Assembly: GCA_019428945.1 (NCBI GenBank) | Contig: JAHYJM010000002.1 | Coordinates: 2,107-66,106 of the forward strand | Reading direction: 5' to 3' | From: Bacillota bacterium | Lineage (GTDB): Bacteria > Bacillota > Dethiobacteria > DTU022 | Length of the DNA: 64,000 nt | Shown here: positions 62,774 to 64,000 of the stretch, one piece after another | Layout of the letters: each line of letters starts with the position of its first letter | How positions within the stretch are numbered: the first letter of the stretch is position 1 | Program-made: the position numbers and the translations under genes | Notes under the pieces: model-generated | What the model saw: only the letters and a program-made list of their open reading frames with translations | Database searches by the model: none | What the model was told of the DNA's origin: nothing

Positions 62774-63268
62774 ATGGATAGGGTTAACAGGATAATCATT
62801 GATCCTGAATTCGAAGGCTACCTACATAAGATCGACATTGCGGAAGAAGGCAGATTGTTTTGTTCACATCATTTTGATCACCTCCTTTCTACCGCTCGTC
62901 TGACCTGGATCTATTTACTCGAAGGAGGATCTCCATATATTTCCCGGGAAATAGCTTATGCTGCCGGTTTTCTACATGACATTGGAAGATGGCGGGAATA
63001 TCGGGATGGTGGTGATCATGCCGATTACAGCGCAGAACTGGCTAAGCCTCTGCTGCGGAAATCTGGATTTTCAGAAGCTGAAAGCGGCTTGATAATTAAA
63101 GCCATTAAGCAGCATCGTGACAGTTATGATCCTGAAATTCACAGATCACCGCTTAGCCTGGCACTAAACAGGGCAGATAAACACTCACGGCTCTGTTTCA
63201 CCTGCAACGCTCGTGAAGTATGTAATAAACTTAATAAACAGCCCCACAAGTGCAGGCTGGAATATTGA
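62774..63268 (+). CDS. HD-domain phosphohydrolase embedded in the folate operon.
   Basis: 164 aa. H..H...FLHDIGR is the HD motif. It lies between folE and folP. Confidence 0.7.
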   Translation: MDRVNRIIIDPEFEGYLHKIDIAEEGRLFCSHHFDHLLSTARLTWIYLLEGGSPYISREIAYAAGFLHDIGRWREYRDGGDHADYSAELAKPLLRKSGFSEAESGLIIKAIKQHRDSYDPEIHRSPLSLALNRADKHSRLCFTCNAREVCNKLNKQPHKCRLEY

Positions 63269-63286
63269 TTAACGGAGTGAGTAACA

Positions 63287-64000
63287 TTGTATGCTATGTA
63301 CATGGATCATAATTTGATAAAACATGAGCTTAGAAAAATTGGACTGGCGCAAGAATTAACCAGCCATTTTATGCGTCACAGCATCTGCCATACCCTTAAA
63401 ATCAGAAATATTCCTTTTTCAGTGTTATTAGAACTGGAAAAATTACAAACAGGGAACAATGCTGCCATCTATTTATACAGGGATTCTGACGACAGCGCCT
63501 GTGCAATAATTTCCGGGACTGAATCTGAACTGATCAGTGCAGCCGATGTTATAAAAACTTTTGGAGATGATTCAGCCAGGCTTGGTGAAACTATTGAGCG
63601 GACAATCAACAGGGCAACCAGAATTGCCCGTACAGGGATTCAGCTTGGGAAGAACCTTTACACAGTGGGTGAAAAAACCCTGGTAATGGGAATATTAAAC
63701 GTGACGCCAGACTCCTTTTCTGATGGTGGCAAGTTTGACAGAATTGAGCTTGCTCTGGCCCAGGCTTACCAGATGGCTGAAGATGGTGCAGATATAATCG
63801 ACATAGGCGGAGAATCGACTAGGCCGGGTTATGAAAAAGAAAAACGGGTAACGGCCAAAGATGAGCTTAACCGTGTAATGCCAATTATTGAAGCACTCAA
63901 AAAAGAGAGCTCTTTCAAACTACCCCTTTCCATTGATACCTACAAGGCAGAAACCGCAGAAAGAGCCCTGGAAGCCGGTGTTGAAATGTTAAACGATGTT
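63287..64000 (+). CDS. folP: Dihydropteroate synthase carrying an N-terminal extension of about 110 aa. The 3' end is cut by the window.
   Basis: The translated frame gives ...KTLVMGILNVTPDSFSDGG...DIIDIGGESTRPG...LSIDTYKAETAERALEAGVEMLNDV, the canonical DHPS N-terminal motifs, after a 110-aa leader domain. GGAGTGAG lies 6 nt before the TTG at 63287. Confidence 0.8.
   Translation, partial: MYAMYMDHNLIKHELRKIGLAQELTSHFMRHSICHTLKIRNIPFSVLLELEKLQTGNNAAIYLYRDSDDSACAIISGTESELISAADVIKTFGDDSARLGETIERTINRATRIARTGIQLGKNLYTVGEKTLVMGILNVTPDSFSDGGKFDRIELALAQAYQMAEDGADIIDIGGESTRPGYEKEKRVTAKDELNRVMPIIEALKKESSFKLPLSIDTYKAETAERALEAGVEMLNDV

Overview
This 64 kb window is a gene-dense chromosomal segment from a low-GC, anaerobic Firmicutes-type bacterium. 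The anaerobic call rests on a pyruvate:ferredoxin oxidoreductase, ferredoxins and radical SAM enzymes. The low-GC Firmicutes call rests on frequent TTG/GTG starts, AGGAGG-type ribosome-binding sites and a PhoPR-Pst-PhoU gene order. I call about 58 protein-coding genes, almost all metabolic or housekeeping, and found no rRNA, tRNA, CRISPR array, transposase, integrase or phage gene by eye. The genes fall into these groups, in order along the window: Opp/Dpp permeases; a tandem class II aldolase divergent from a glycerol-3-phosphate dehydrogenase; two paralogous acyl-CoA synthetases; a MoeA-like molybdopterin-binding protein with modABC; an MMPL transporter with a partner protein and a TetR regulator; fabI, a pgsA-like gene, adenine deaminase and a tryptophanase/tyrosine phenol-lyase; two nitroreductases, a MaoC dehydratase and another AMP-ligase; ApbE, a tandem-repeat lipoprotein and a ferredoxin; a Ser/Thr dehydratase, glpX, an orphan arcA, a DEAD-box helicase and an enoyl-CoA hydratase; YbaK, a TIGR01212-type radical SAM gene and a divergent YgiQ radical SAM gene; an SDR, a GH31 gene and a GH65 gene fused to beta-phosphoglucomutase; the phoPR-pstSCAB-phoU cluster; PFOR; and patatin, coaX, a CPBP protease, folE, an HD-domain gene and a 3'-truncated folP. 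The observations I rate most worth following up are: (1) a near-perfect ~42 bp palindromic element present at two unrelated intergenic sites, (2) a ModE-operator-like perfect palindrome plus a hairpin in the leader of the mod operon, (3) an MMPL / coiled-coil partner / TetR operon, (4) an ApbE-linked lipoprotein with an internal tandem duplication next to a ferredoxin, (5) a GH65 gene fused to beta-PGM, (6) a YbaK gene translationally coupled to an Elp3-like radical SAM gene, and (7) several small unannotated ORFs and leaders. I could not run homology searches or RNA folding, so these rest on manual reading of the sequence.
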